The notes under the pieces are model-generated. The model saw only the letters and a list, made by a program, of their open reading frames with translations, searched no databases and had not been told where the DNA came from. A DNA stretch of 64,000 bases from a virus. The translations under genes and the position numbers were made by a program. The stretch is from IMG/VR virus record IMGVR_UViG_3300028394_000035; one strand, 5' to 3'. This document shows, piece after piece, positions 10,301 to 19,115 of this stretch (position 1 is the stretch's first letter; every line of letters begins with the position of its first letter).

Positions 10301-11905
10301 ACTCAAGTTCAGTTTAACGATGGTGGGGCATTTGCAGGAGATGCTGATTTTACTTTTGCTAAAACAACAAATACTGTTACTACAAGATTTTTAGCATTAA
10401 ATGGTAATGGTTCAACGACTTCTGCTCAATTAACATTTAATGGTGGAACAAATAATTGGATTACTTTTGGTACAACTGGTGTTGCTGCTCCTGCATTTAC
10501 AACAAGAAGTGTTGGAACTAAAATTGTTTTATATGATGGTATTGGTGCAAGTTCTGCAGATTATGGTTTTGGTATTGAAAGTAGCACTTTATGGTCTAGT
10601 GTTCCTACTACTTCTCAACAATTCAAATGGTATGCAGGAACCACAAATATCGCATCACTCTTTGGAACTGGAGAACTTGTAGTAGGAACCACAACAAAAA
10701 CAGGAACAGCATCGCAAACATTTCAGGTTACTGGTGGTTCTTATGTTTCTGGTAACCTTGGAATTGGAACAACAAATCCAACATCAAAACTTCACGTTGT
10801 TGGTGATGTAATAGTTACTGGTGTAGTGACTGCTACTACATTTGTTGGAGCATTAACTGGTACAGCATCTAATGTAACCACTAATGCAAACTTAACAGGA
10901 CACGTAACATCTGTTGGTAATGCAGCAGTATTGGGTTCTTTTACATCAGCACAATTAGCAACAGCATTAACCGATGAGACTGGTACTGGTGCTGCTGTAT
11001 TTGCAACAAGTCCAACACTTGTAACTCCAGCATTAGGAACACCTTCATCAGGAAACCTTGCGAACTGTACCTTCCCAACTTTAAATCAAAATACTACTGG
11101 TTCCTCTGCTTCTTGCACAGGTAATGCTGCAACTGCAACAGTACTACAAACCGCAAGAACCATTAATGGAGTATCATTTAATGGTAGTGCTAATATTACT
11201 ATAAGTGCATCTGAATTTTCTTCTGGTACTACTATAGTATTCTATCAGGCATCAGCACCAACTGGTTGGACGAAATCTACATCTCACGATAATAAAGCAT
11301 TACGAGTTGTTTCTGGAACTGGTGGAGGTTCTGGTGGTTCTTCCTCATTTACTTCTGTATTTGCAAGTAGAGGTGTTCCACTACCAGAACACAATCACTC
11401 TGCAAGTTCTGATACTCACGGTGGTCACCAACACTCAGGACCTACAAATAATCAAAACGCAAATCATACTCATACTTTTACGACTGGCAATCAAAACGCA
11501 GATCATAGTCACTCATTCATCACTAATAGTGGTGGTTCTCATACCCATCTACTGAATGAAGTTCCCAACATCGAAGTACCGCAATCTTCCGCACCAGGAA
11601 TGGTAGTTCAAGCTAACATAGAGCAAGCTGGAGGTGGTAGAACTCATACGATTATTCAAGGTGGTTCTCAAATTGTAGATACTCATAATGGCCACTCACA
11701 TGATGGAGGAACTGGTGGACAGAGTGCAAACCACCAACACGGTGGAACTACTGCTGGAATGTCTAATGATCACTATCACGATTTTACAACTCAGTCTGGA
11801 GGTTCCCACAGTCACACCATTACGGTCAACAATAATGGTACTGCTGGTGCATCTATGGACTTTGCAGTTCAGTATATTGATGTTATAATATGCAGCAAGA
11901 ATTAA
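7310..11905 (+). CDS. Long tail fibre with tandem repeats and a His-rich (HxH) needle tip
   Basis: GIGTSSPTQELDVNG-type fibre repeats, internal tandem arrays, and a C-terminal GWTK...ALRVVSG..GGS domain enclosing nine HxH motifs, like the T4 gp37 tip. Confidence 0.8.
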   Translation: MSKKYLSGRVERTPQSDITSDRYEFLGLEQAEPNLGDPLVGPSSIGAKPVPPGQQYMIVTTGIAGERYWIPNQGGIIPGSITVYNENIGSGLVGGLSSTTQLVFIGNAIDVTAPYAGPPYPPNVNITISPPGNNGEVLFKDLGDFATSTKLVFNSSVGILTIGNGLNVGSGGTIFTIKPTGLVGIGTSSPTQELDVNGDIRIRGTIYDYNNQPGVNQQVLVKNNFGGLEWNNQSSIRAGAGGTYTQVQYHNTSGLVDGATGFVYDPSTNRVGIGSTLPRDILDVIGTVNISGLATITNLYVSGISTLGVTSATNLTSQTLRVSGISTLGVTSATNLTSQTLVVSGISTLGVTSITNLTSQTLNVSGISTLGVTSTTNLTSQTLRVSGISTLGVTSITNLTSQTLNVSGISTLGVTSITNLTSQTLNVSGISTLGVTSTTNLTSQTLRVSGISTLGITSATNLTSQTLNVSGISTLGVTSTTNLTSQSLVVSGISTFYGDILPGSSGFYDIGNVLYKFNEVYADTFVGQIIGNADTATVATNVNGGTGNLTALNVSGISTLGVTSATNLTSQSLIVSGSGTITNLTGTAVTYTNGTITNLTGTAGTITTLNSTNGTITNLTGTAGTITTLNSTNGTITNLTGTAGTITTLNSTNGTITNLTGTAGTITTLNSTNGTITNLTGTGVTYTNGTFTNLSAGSITYTNSNSTNLYVTNGYINVGIVTTISGTNLNYTNGTITNLTGTAGTITNLTGTGVTYTNGTITNLTGTNLNITGISTFQGNVTLGDANTDKVSFGATVDSNIIPSGSRNLGSVANPWSNVYATTITGTIAGNADTATKLTTARTIAITGDLSYTSPAFDGTGNVTGTGTLATVNSNVGTFGSSTFVPQITVNAKGLVTGITTTGVNFSAATVAQADKLTTARTIAITGDLSYTSPAFDGTGNVTGTGTLATTAVTAGSYGSGSQVATFTVDSKGRLTAASNTSITGINASSVAAAGADTQVQFNDGGAFAGDADFTFAKTTNTVTTRFLALNGNGSTTSAQLTFNGGTNNWITFGTTGVAAPAFTTRSVGTKIVLYDGIGASSADYGFGIESSTLWSSVPTTSQQFKWYAGTTNIASLFGTGELVVGTTTKTGTASQTFQVTGGSYVSGNLGIGTTNPTSKLHVVGDVIVTGVVTATTFVGALTGTASNVTTNANLTGHVTSVGNAAVLGSFTSAQLATALTDETGTGAAVFATSPTLVTPALGTPSSGNLANCTFPTLNQNTTGSSASCTGNAATATVLQTARTINGVSFNGSANITISASEFSSGTTIVFYQASAPTGWTKSTSHDNKALRVVSGTGGGSGGSSSFTSVFASRGVPLPEHNHSASSDTHGGHQHSGPTNNQNANHTHTFTTGNQNADHSHSFITNSGGSHTHLLNEVPNIEVPQSSAPGMVVQANIEQAGGGRTHTIIQGGSQIVDTHNGHSHDGGTGGQSANHQHGGTTAGMSNDHYHDFTTQSGGSHSHTITVNNNGTAGASMDFAVQYIDVIICSKN
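8210..8776 (+). repeat. 63-bp (21-aa, VSGISTLGVTSxTNLTSQTLx) tandem repeat, 9 copies
   Basis: Counted in the translation; successive 60-nt lines shift by 3 nt. Confidence 0.95.
9089..9355 (+). repeat. 60-bp (20-aa, GTITNLTGTAGTITTLNSTN) tandem repeat, 4 copies plus a partial
   Basis: Lines 9121, 9181, 9241 and 9301 are nearly identical in register. Confidence 0.95.
9821..10159 (+). repeat. 102-bp direct repeat (9821-9922 and 10058-10159) within the fibre gene
   Basis: Both copies encode LTTARTIAITGDLSYTSPAFDGTGNVTGTGTLAT and read identical at DNA level. Confidence 0.9.
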
Positions 11906-11912
11906 TTAATTT

Positions 11913-12251
11913 ATGAAACTCGAACAAGGAAAATATTGCCCACTAATTAAAAAAGATTGTATAGGTATTCAGTGCTCTTGGTTTACTCAAATTCGTGGTA
12001 TGAACCCAAATACAGGCGAACCAGTAGATGAGTGGGGATGTGCGATTACTTGGATGCCTACTTTATTAATTGAAAATTCACAACAACAAAGGTCAACAGG
12101 TGCTGCTGTTGAAAGTTTTCGTAATGAGGTAGTAAAAGGAAATCAAGAAAATCAACAACTTTATATTCAATCAATTCAACCAGGAATGATTGCGAATAAT
12201 ATACTTTCTGAAAATATTCAAAATGTACTAAAATCTGGAGATGTAGAATGA
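11913..12251 (+). CDS. Cys-containing conserved phage protein following the tail fibre
   Basis: CPLIKKDC..QCSW...DEWGCA motif; position after the fibre gene. Confidence 0.6.
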   Translation: MKLEQGKYCPLIKKDCIGIQCSWFTQIRGMNPNTGEPVDEWGCAITWMPTLLIENSQQQRSTGAAVESFRNEVVKGNQENQQLYIQSIQPGMIANNILSENIQNVLKSGDVE

Positions 12252-12709
12252 AATTAATCTTTATCGTATCGGAAAAATTTATTAGATTGGATGATGAAAG
12301 TTTTTTGAATATCAAGGAAGACCTATCTTGGGTTCCTTCTAATGTTCATGCAGTCATTTGGAATGATGATGCGGGTTATATTGAATATAAGAATGCACCC
12401 AAAGAAACAATTGAAGAACTTGGAATTTACGAACAAGCACTTGAAATTTTTGATGCAGAAAAGCAAAGAAGACTGAGAGAGCAATTAGCAGAAGAAGAAT
12501 TGAGGGAGGCATCCAGAGATTATTGGAAAGAATTGAGAAATAAAAGAGATTTTCTACTTTCGCAATCGGATTGGACGCAAGGAAATGATAGTCCACTAAA
12601 TTTACAACAAAAAGAAGAATGGAAAATATATCGTCAGGCATTACGAGATGCACCTTCAAATACGATAGACCCAAAGAGTCCAGTCTGGCCACTGTCCCCT
12701 TCTCCTTGA
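12248..12709 (+). CDS. Tail fibre assembly chaperone (Phage_tail_APC-like C-terminus)
   Basis: LRNKRDFLLSQSDWTQ..DSPL...EWKIYRQALRD.P is the typical chaperone signature. Confidence 0.8.
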   Translation: MKLIFIVSEKFIRLDDESFLNIKEDLSWVPSNVHAVIWNDDAGYIEYKNAPKETIEELGIYEQALEIFDAEKQRRLREQLAEEELREASRDYWKELRNKRDFLLSQSDWTQGNDSPLNLQQKEEWKIYRQALRDAPSNTIDPKSPVWPLSPSP

Positions 12710-12734
12710 CACCACACCCAGTCCGTGCTATGAT
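12680..12734 (+). promoter_or_regulatory. Early-type sigma70 promoter with upstream CCAGT..ACTGTCC element
   Basis: TTGACA 12706-12711, 17-bp spacer, TG-c-TATGAT (-10 at 12729-12734); motif at 12680-12699. Confidence 0.8.
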
Positions 12735-12764
12735 GGATGGGTAAGACGACCCTTCCAAACCATT

Positions 12765-12929
12765 ATGATGATTACCCGAGACGTTTTGGCCGAACTTCAA
12801 GAACTGCAAGAAGATGTAGCAGAACATTTTGCAGATGAGAATATTGTAAGTGGTGAACTTTATTGGACTTGTGTGGAGTCACTTGCAACTGCAAAACTTG
12901 CTGAACTTCGTGGTGAACTTGTAAGATAA
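12765..12929 (+). CDS. 54-aa small acidic protein (not in ORF track)
   Basis: Hand translation: MMITRDVLAELQELQEDVAEHFADENIVSGELYWTCVESLATAKLAELRGELVR. Lies directly downstream of the promoter. Confidence 0.75.
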   Translation: MMITRDVLAELQELQEDVAEHFADENIVSGELYWTCVESLATAKLAELRGELVR

Positions 12930-12948
12930 TATAAAAAAATATATAGTG

Positions 12949-12956
12949 TCTAAATA
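12949..12956 (+). promoter_or_regulatory. T4-type late promoter variant (TCTAAATA)
   Basis: TAAATA core about 30 nt upstream of the 12987 ATG. Confidence 0.55.
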
Positions 12957-12986
12957 AGACAGAAGAAATATCTGTGTTTATAAACG

Positions 12987-15900
12987 ATGCCGTTATCAAG
13001 ATTAGAAAACTTCCTAAAGAATGCTGAAGGAAATATTCTTTATGTAAATCCATCAGATTTTGATGCAACTGATAGTTATGAGAATAAAGGCAATTCGTTA
13101 ACGAGACCTTTCAAATCTATTCAAAGAGCATTAATTGAGTCTGCAAGATTTTCTTATCAATCAGGAAGAAATAATGATAAGATTGATAAGACTACAATTC
13201 TTGTATATCCAGGCACACATTATATTGATAATCGTCCTGGATATGTTTTAAATTCAAGTGCGGTTCTTTATCAAAGAACTGGTTCGGGTTCTGGTGCAAC
13301 TTGGACTACGAGTGGTGCATCAATTACTGAACTGGGATCTTCATTCAATACAGATATTTTTAGTGCTTCAAATGACCTTTATAAGGCAAATTCTTCTTCT
13401 GGTGGTATCATTATATCTCGTGGCACCTCAATTATTGGATTAGATTTAAGAAAAACAAAAATCCGTCCACTTTTTATTCCAGATCCATTAGATGATTATA
13501 TTGATAATTCTTCTATTTTTAATGTAACTGGTACTTGTTATTTTAGTACATTTACATTTTTTGATGGTGATGTAAACCGAAGTGTTTATAAAAATTATAA
13601 TAATACATCATTTGTTCCTACTTTTTCACATCATAAGTTAACAGCATTTGCATATGCTGATGGTGTAAACGAAGTCAAAATAGGATCTACTGGAACGGGT
13701 CTAACTGACCTTCAAATGTATTATTATAAATTGGCTTTGATGTATGGAACTGCATCAGGAAGACCACTTGCGGATTATCCAACTGGTAATGATTTTGAAC
13801 CATCAGTAGACGAATATCGTATTGTTGGTAACTTAAATGCAAATGCGATTGGTATTACAAGTATTCGTGCTGGTGATGGAAATACCTCATCGCAAATAAT
13901 TACGGTAGATACATCTACAGAACACGGTTTATATGCTGATACTCCATTTTTGGTAAGTGGTGTTGGAATAGATACTGGTGTTTATAATGGATCTTTTACG
14001 GTAAAAGATGTTGTTGGACTTACAACATTTACATATAATGCAACAAGTTCTCCGGTAGTTCCTTTACCAGATCCAAATACACAATTACAAAATTCTCAAA
14101 TTATTGTAGAAGTTGATAGTGTATCTTCTGCATCTCCTTATATTTTTAACTGCTCTTTAAGATCAGTTTATGGAATGTGTGGAATGTGGGCGGATGGTAG
14201 CAAAGCTACTGGATTTAAATCTATGGTTGTTGCTCAATATACTGGTATATCATTACAGAAAGATGATAATGCATATATTGAATATGATTATAGTAGCAAG
14301 TCATTTAAAAATAATGATGAATCGGAGTATTCACCATTACATACTCATTCTTATTCAATATATAAACCATCATTCGAAAACTATCATATCAGGGCATCAA
14401 ATGGTGCAATTATACAGGTAGTTTCTGTATTTGCAATTGGATTTGCAAGACATTTTGTTGCCGAAAGTGGTGGCGATATGTCTATCACAAACTCAAATTC
14501 CAACTTTGGCGCAATATCATTAGAGTCGGTTGGATTTCGTGTTGATTCTTTTGATAGGGACAATAAAGGTTATATTACACACATTATTCCACCAAGGGAA
14601 GTCACTACAGCAGAAACCGAAAGCACTTGGTTATCATTAGATGTAGAACAAACAATATCAGTTGCAAATCCTTCTCGTTTATATTTGTTTGGATATAAAA
14701 ACCGAGAAATTGCTCCACCTCATCAAATTGATAGTTATCGTGTTGGCGCAAAGCAAGGAGATATGCTGAATTTACCTGTAACTGTGGGTACTTCACTTTC
14801 GGCATATTCTGCTCCAATTTTAATGCAATCACCTGATGGAACTACATTTAGTTCTAAAAAAGTTTTTGTTGTTGGAAGAAATGCAGGAATTAATAGCATT
14901 TCAAATAATATTTTTACATTAACTAGTAATCATAAATTTTATAATGGAGAAAAGATTAGAGTTTTTAGTGATAATGCAGAAGCACCAAATAATATTGAAT
15001 TAAATAAAGTTTATTATGTAAGTACAACTGGATCAGCAAATGGAATTAAAATTTCTCCAACATATAATGATGCAATTGCTGCAACACCAAGAACAATTAG
15101 TGGAATTAATAATCTTGGCGGAAATTTAAGAATAGTTAGTTCGGCAACAGATAAACAACCAGGAGAAGTTGGATATCCAATTCAATATGATACGGCAGTA
15201 TCATCTTGGTATATTAATAGTTCTTCTACACAAGATAATACAATTTATTCTATAATTGTAGGTCTTGGTACAACTGGTCTTGGATTAGAAAGTGGTTCTA
15301 CATTTATCAAAAGAAAATTAGATAATCGTTCTCTTTCGGATCGTGTTTATAAGATGCGGTATGTGATACCAAAAGAAGCAACAAATGCTCGTCCTCCTGT
15401 TGCTGGATATATTATTCAAGAAACCAGTACAACTGGAATTGGAAGTGCAAGTATTTTAACTGGTGGTCTTTCTAGTCCTTTGGATTTAAGAAATCCAAAG
15501 ATTATTACGAATGCTTCATATTCTTCAAATACAATCACCATTACAACCGAACTTCCACATAATTTTAAAACTGGTGATATTGTAAAAATACAAAACATCA
15601 AAAGTAGCAATAATCCAGTTGGAACTGCTTCTTCTGTTTATAATGGTTCATTTAAGATTTCGTCAATTCCAGGTTCAAAAACTTTTGCAATTGCTGGAAT
15701 TTCTACAAATCCTGGATCATTTACAAATATTACAAATCAAAGAACAACAAATCAACAAGTTGCTGCACTTCCAAGAGTTTATCGTGAAAGATACGAAAAT
15801 ACATTCTTCGTTTACCGAATAGACGAAATCAAAAAGCATATTCCTGGTTCTTCTATTTCCGGTCAGGATGGAATTTATCATTTAACTGTGATGAGCTCGG

Positions 15901-18900
15901 ATGTTTCGCCATCACTTGCAAATGTTGGATATGGTATTAGTCTTAAAAATTTCAATCAGGATGTAAGAAATCTTTATCCTCAAATGGATCGTGATAATTA
16001 TAACTCTGATCCAAATGAAACATCTTCTTATGGAAATGTTAAACCTCTTGGTACTGTAAATGTTGATGATAAAAGAAATTCAGTTACAAAAGAAGCAATT
16101 AATACATTTTTAAAAGAAAATACTGTTGGATATGCAATTACAGGAGCAATTGCAAGTGGAACTGCGGTTACGTTCTTTACAGATAGAGAACACAATCTAA
16201 ATTCAATTAAAACTATATCATTAACTAGTGGTGGTTCTGGTTATGGATCTACTACTCTTTATTCTGCCGAACTTGTAAATGTTTCAATTGTAGGAAAAAA
16301 TGGTTCGGTAAAAGCAACTTTAGGTGGTGGTGGTGGAATTTCAGCAGTTGAAATTGTAGATGGTGGTGCTGCTTATGGTGTTGGAAATACGATGACGGTA
16401 TCAGGAGGAACATCTCTTGCTGTTGTAGATGTAACTTCCATAAACAATAATGTAAATGATGCATTACAAGTTGTAGGATTTGCAAGTGAAGGATATAATG
16501 GTGTGTTTAGAATTACTGCGGTTCCTAATGCAAAATCAATTACTGTTTATAATCCAAATAATGTAACAGCATTTGTATCTAGAACAGACGGAAAATCACC
16601 TTTTGTATCTGTTGTAGGTAAAGGTTCTTCAATATCGAATTTAATTTTTTCTGATATTAGAACTGGTATTACAACTGTTACTACAACAAGTTCTCACGGT
16701 CTTATTGTTGGAAATAAGTTTTCAATTGTTGGTACTGGAAAAACTATTTTTGATAGTTCATTTACAGTTAAAGAAGTTGTAGGAATTAATACATTTACAT
16801 TTAATGTTGGTAATTTAACATCAACAGAAGTATATAATGGTAATGGATATGTACTAAGACAAGGAATTGCAGCAAATGCTCTTTCTGTTGGTGAAGGAGA
16901 AATTAATCTTGCAGGACGTATATCTTACATTTATGCAGGTATCAGCACTACAATTTCTGTCGCATTAAGTGCTTCTGATACATCCATTACTCTTGCATCT
17001 ATTGGTGGATTTTCGAAAGGAGATTATTTGCAAATTAATGCAGAAGTTTTGCGTATACAAAATGATGCTTGTACTAATGTACTTCGTGGTCAGTTTGGTA
17101 CAATTGCTGCTGCATATGATAACGGAACACTTGCAAAGAAAATAAGAGTAATTCCAATTCAATTTCATCGTCCGTCTTATCTTCGTGCATCAGGTCATAC
17201 ATTTGAGTATCTTGGATTTGGTCCAGGTAACTATTCAACTGGTATGCCTCAAAAGCAAGATAGAATATTAAGTGGAGATGAAGTTATTGCTTCGCAAGCT
17301 AGAGAACAAGATGGCGGAACAATTGTTTATACTGGAATGAATGATAATGGTGAATTTTATTCTGGTGCAAAAAAACTTATTTCTGTAACTGGCGAAGAAG
17401 AAATATTTGATGCACCTGTATTTACATATACTGGCGATGATGCAAATACAGATAGCACAAAAAGATTAAGTGGTATATATGATGATTTGGTGGTAAGAGA
17501 TCGTATTACGGTAGAGGGTGGAGAAAATAATAATCAAACTTCACAATTTTATGGTCCAGTTAATTTTACACAAAAAGTTACAAGTACTGCTGCTGCTGGT
17601 GTTGAAGTTAAAAACTTATACATTAAGGGAAATACGGCACAATCAAAATTAATTACTGTTGGTATTTCTACACCAACTACTGCTGATATTCCTGGTGCTC
17701 GTACTGGTGATATTTCATTATCTGGAACACCACAACTAGGTGGTTATCTTGGTCACATTTATATTAATGGAGATTGGAGAAGATTTGGAGTAATCAGTTC
17801 TCAAAAGGATTTGGGTTACTATAGAATGGATAAATTGGGAATTGGTGAAACAACATCAGTTTTTAATGGTACTCAACTTTTTGAAGTGAATGGGCAAGCA
17901 TTAGTTAAAGATCTTTATGTGACTGGAAATGTAACATTTGCAGCACAACAAACTTTTTCAAGTCTTGCATTTGAAGGTATTACAATTTATAATGGAGCTA
18001 CTTTTCCTGGAACAAATGCAAGTGGTGGAATTACAACTGCTTATACGCAAAGACACGTACAGGGCATTTCACAACTTTATAATTTAGAAGTTACTGGTAC
18101 TGCGGCAACATTTACAAATGCAAAACTGACAGTTCAAAGTTCATTTAATTCTACATTTACTGGACTTTCTACTTTTGCCGGTCAATTAAATATTGGTATT
18201 TCGTCAATTGGAAATCTAAATGTTGTTGGTATGACTACTACCAGCAATTTAAATGTAACTGGTATTACATCAGCAACATTTGGAGGAACTATCGGTGCTG
18301 GATTTACTGGTTCTACATCTGGAATTACAACATTAAGAGCATCTGCTGTTGCTTCTGGTATTCTTACATTACCTGCTACAACTGATACATTAGTTGCAAA
18401 AAATACAACAGATATTTTAACAAATAAATCAATTGCTGCTGGTTCAAATACTATCACAGGTCTCACGAATACTAATCTTTCTGGGTCTGCTGGTATTACA
18501 AATGCAAATCTAGCAACTCCTACGATTTCTGGTATTTCACTTGGAAGTAATCTTGCAACATTAACATTTGGGACATATTTGTCTGGAACTTCTTATAATG
18601 GTTCTACTGCGGTTACGATTGCAACAAATGCTACAAGTTCTAATACTGGAAGTACATTAGTTGCTCGTGATGCTTCTGGTGACTTTACAGCAAATAGAAT
18701 TACTTCATCCATTAAAGCGAATGGATTGACTGAAGGTGTAACTATAAGTGCTTCTGCTCTTACTGGTTCTAATAATATTGATTTAATTGCAAATAATGTT
18801 TATCTTTATACTGCAAATACATCAGGAAACTTTACATTTAATTTCCGTGCAAATTCTTCTACTTCGTTAAATACATTCCTTTCAGTAGGAGAGTCAATTA

Positions 18901-19109
18901 CTGTTGCAATCTTAACTACACAAGGGTCAACTGCATATTATAATACAGCAATTACAATAGATGGAAATGCAGTCACGCCAAAATGGTATGGTGAAGTCAC
19001 ACCAACATCTGGAAATGTAAATGGTATTGATGTTTATACCTATGTGATTATAAAAACTGCTAGTGCTACATTTACTGTAATTGCATCACAATCACAATAT
19101 AAGGCTTGA
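12987..19109 (+). CDS. Very large tail/baseplate structural protein with N-terminal beta-helix (2040 aa)
   Basis: LYVNPSDFDATD..NKGNSLTRPFKSIQRA...ILVYPGTHY entry motif; SPYIFNCS, SNSNFG and SGHTFEYLG are shared with the paralogs; several T.HGL/HNF small domains. Confidence 0.7.
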   Translation: MPLSRLENFLKNAEGNILYVNPSDFDATDSYENKGNSLTRPFKSIQRALIESARFSYQSGRNNDKIDKTTILVYPGTHYIDNRPGYVLNSSAVLYQRTGSGSGATWTTSGASITELGSSFNTDIFSASNDLYKANSSSGGIIISRGTSIIGLDLRKTKIRPLFIPDPLDDYIDNSSIFNVTGTCYFSTFTFFDGDVNRSVYKNYNNTSFVPTFSHHKLTAFAYADGVNEVKIGSTGTGLTDLQMYYYKLALMYGTASGRPLADYPTGNDFEPSVDEYRIVGNLNANAIGITSIRAGDGNTSSQIITVDTSTEHGLYADTPFLVSGVGIDTGVYNGSFTVKDVVGLTTFTYNATSSPVVPLPDPNTQLQNSQIIVEVDSVSSASPYIFNCSLRSVYGMCGMWADGSKATGFKSMVVAQYTGISLQKDDNAYIEYDYSSKSFKNNDESEYSPLHTHSYSIYKPSFENYHIRASNGAIIQVVSVFAIGFARHFVAESGGDMSITNSNSNFGAISLESVGFRVDSFDRDNKGYITHIIPPREVTTAETESTWLSLDVEQTISVANPSRLYLFGYKNREIAPPHQIDSYRVGAKQGDMLNLPVTVGTSLSAYSAPILMQSPDGTTFSSKKVFVVGRNAGINSISNNIFTLTSNHKFYNGEKIRVFSDNAEAPNNIELNKVYYVSTTGSANGIKISPTYNDAIAATPRTISGINNLGGNLRIVSSATDKQPGEVGYPIQYDTAVSSWYINSSSTQDNTIYSIIVGLGTTGLGLESGSTFIKRKLDNRSLSDRVYKMRYVIPKEATNARPPVAGYIIQETSTTGIGSASILTGGLSSPLDLRNPKIITNASYSSNTITITTELPHNFKTGDIVKIQNIKSSNNPVGTASSVYNGSFKISSIPGSKTFAIAGISTNPGSFTNITNQRTTNQQVAALPRVYRERYENTFFVYRIDEIKKHIPGSSISGQDGIYHLTVMSSDVSPSLANVGYGISLKNFNQDVRNLYPQMDRDNYNSDPNETSSYGNVKPLGTVNVDDKRNSVTKEAINTFLKENTVGYAITGAIASGTAVTFFTDREHNLNSIKTISLTSGGSGYGSTTLYSAELVNVSIVGKNGSVKATLGGGGGISAVEIVDGGAAYGVGNTMTVSGGTSLAVVDVTSINNNVNDALQVVGFASEGYNGVFRITAVPNAKSITVYNPNNVTAFVSRTDGKSPFVSVVGKGSSISNLIFSDIRTGITTVTTTSSHGLIVGNKFSIVGTGKTIFDSSFTVKEVVGINTFTFNVGNLTSTEVYNGNGYVLRQGIAANALSVGEGEINLAGRISYIYAGISTTISVALSASDTSITLASIGGFSKGDYLQINAEVLRIQNDACTNVLRGQFGTIAAAYDNGTLAKKIRVIPIQFHRPSYLRASGHTFEYLGFGPGNYSTGMPQKQDRILSGDEVIASQAREQDGGTIVYTGMNDNGEFYSGAKKLISVTGEEEIFDAPVFTYTGDDANTDSTKRLSGIYDDLVVRDRITVEGGENNNQTSQFYGPVNFTQKVTSTAAAGVEVKNLYIKGNTAQSKLITVGISTPTTADIPGARTGDISLSGTPQLGGYLGHIYINGDWRRFGVISSQKDLGYYRMDKLGIGETTSVFNGTQLFEVNGQALVKDLYVTGNVTFAAQQTFSSLAFEGITIYNGATFPGTNASGGITTAYTQRHVQGISQLYNLEVTGTAATFTNAKLTVQSSFNSTFTGLSTFAGQLNIGISSIGNLNVVGMTTTSNLNVTGITSATFGGTIGAGFTGSTSGITTLRASAVASGILTLPATTDTLVAKNTTDILTNKSIAAGSNTITGLTNTNLSGSAGITNANLATPTISGISLGSNLATLTFGTYLSGTSYNGSTAVTIATNATSSNTGSTLVARDASGDFTANRITSSIKANGLTEGVTISASALTGSNNIDLIANNVYLYTANTSGNFTFNFRANSSTSLNTFLSVGESITVAILTTQGSTAYYNTAITIDGNAVTPKWYGEVTPTSGNVNGIDVYTYVIIKTASATFTVIASQSQYKA

Positions 19110-19115
19110 TACTAA

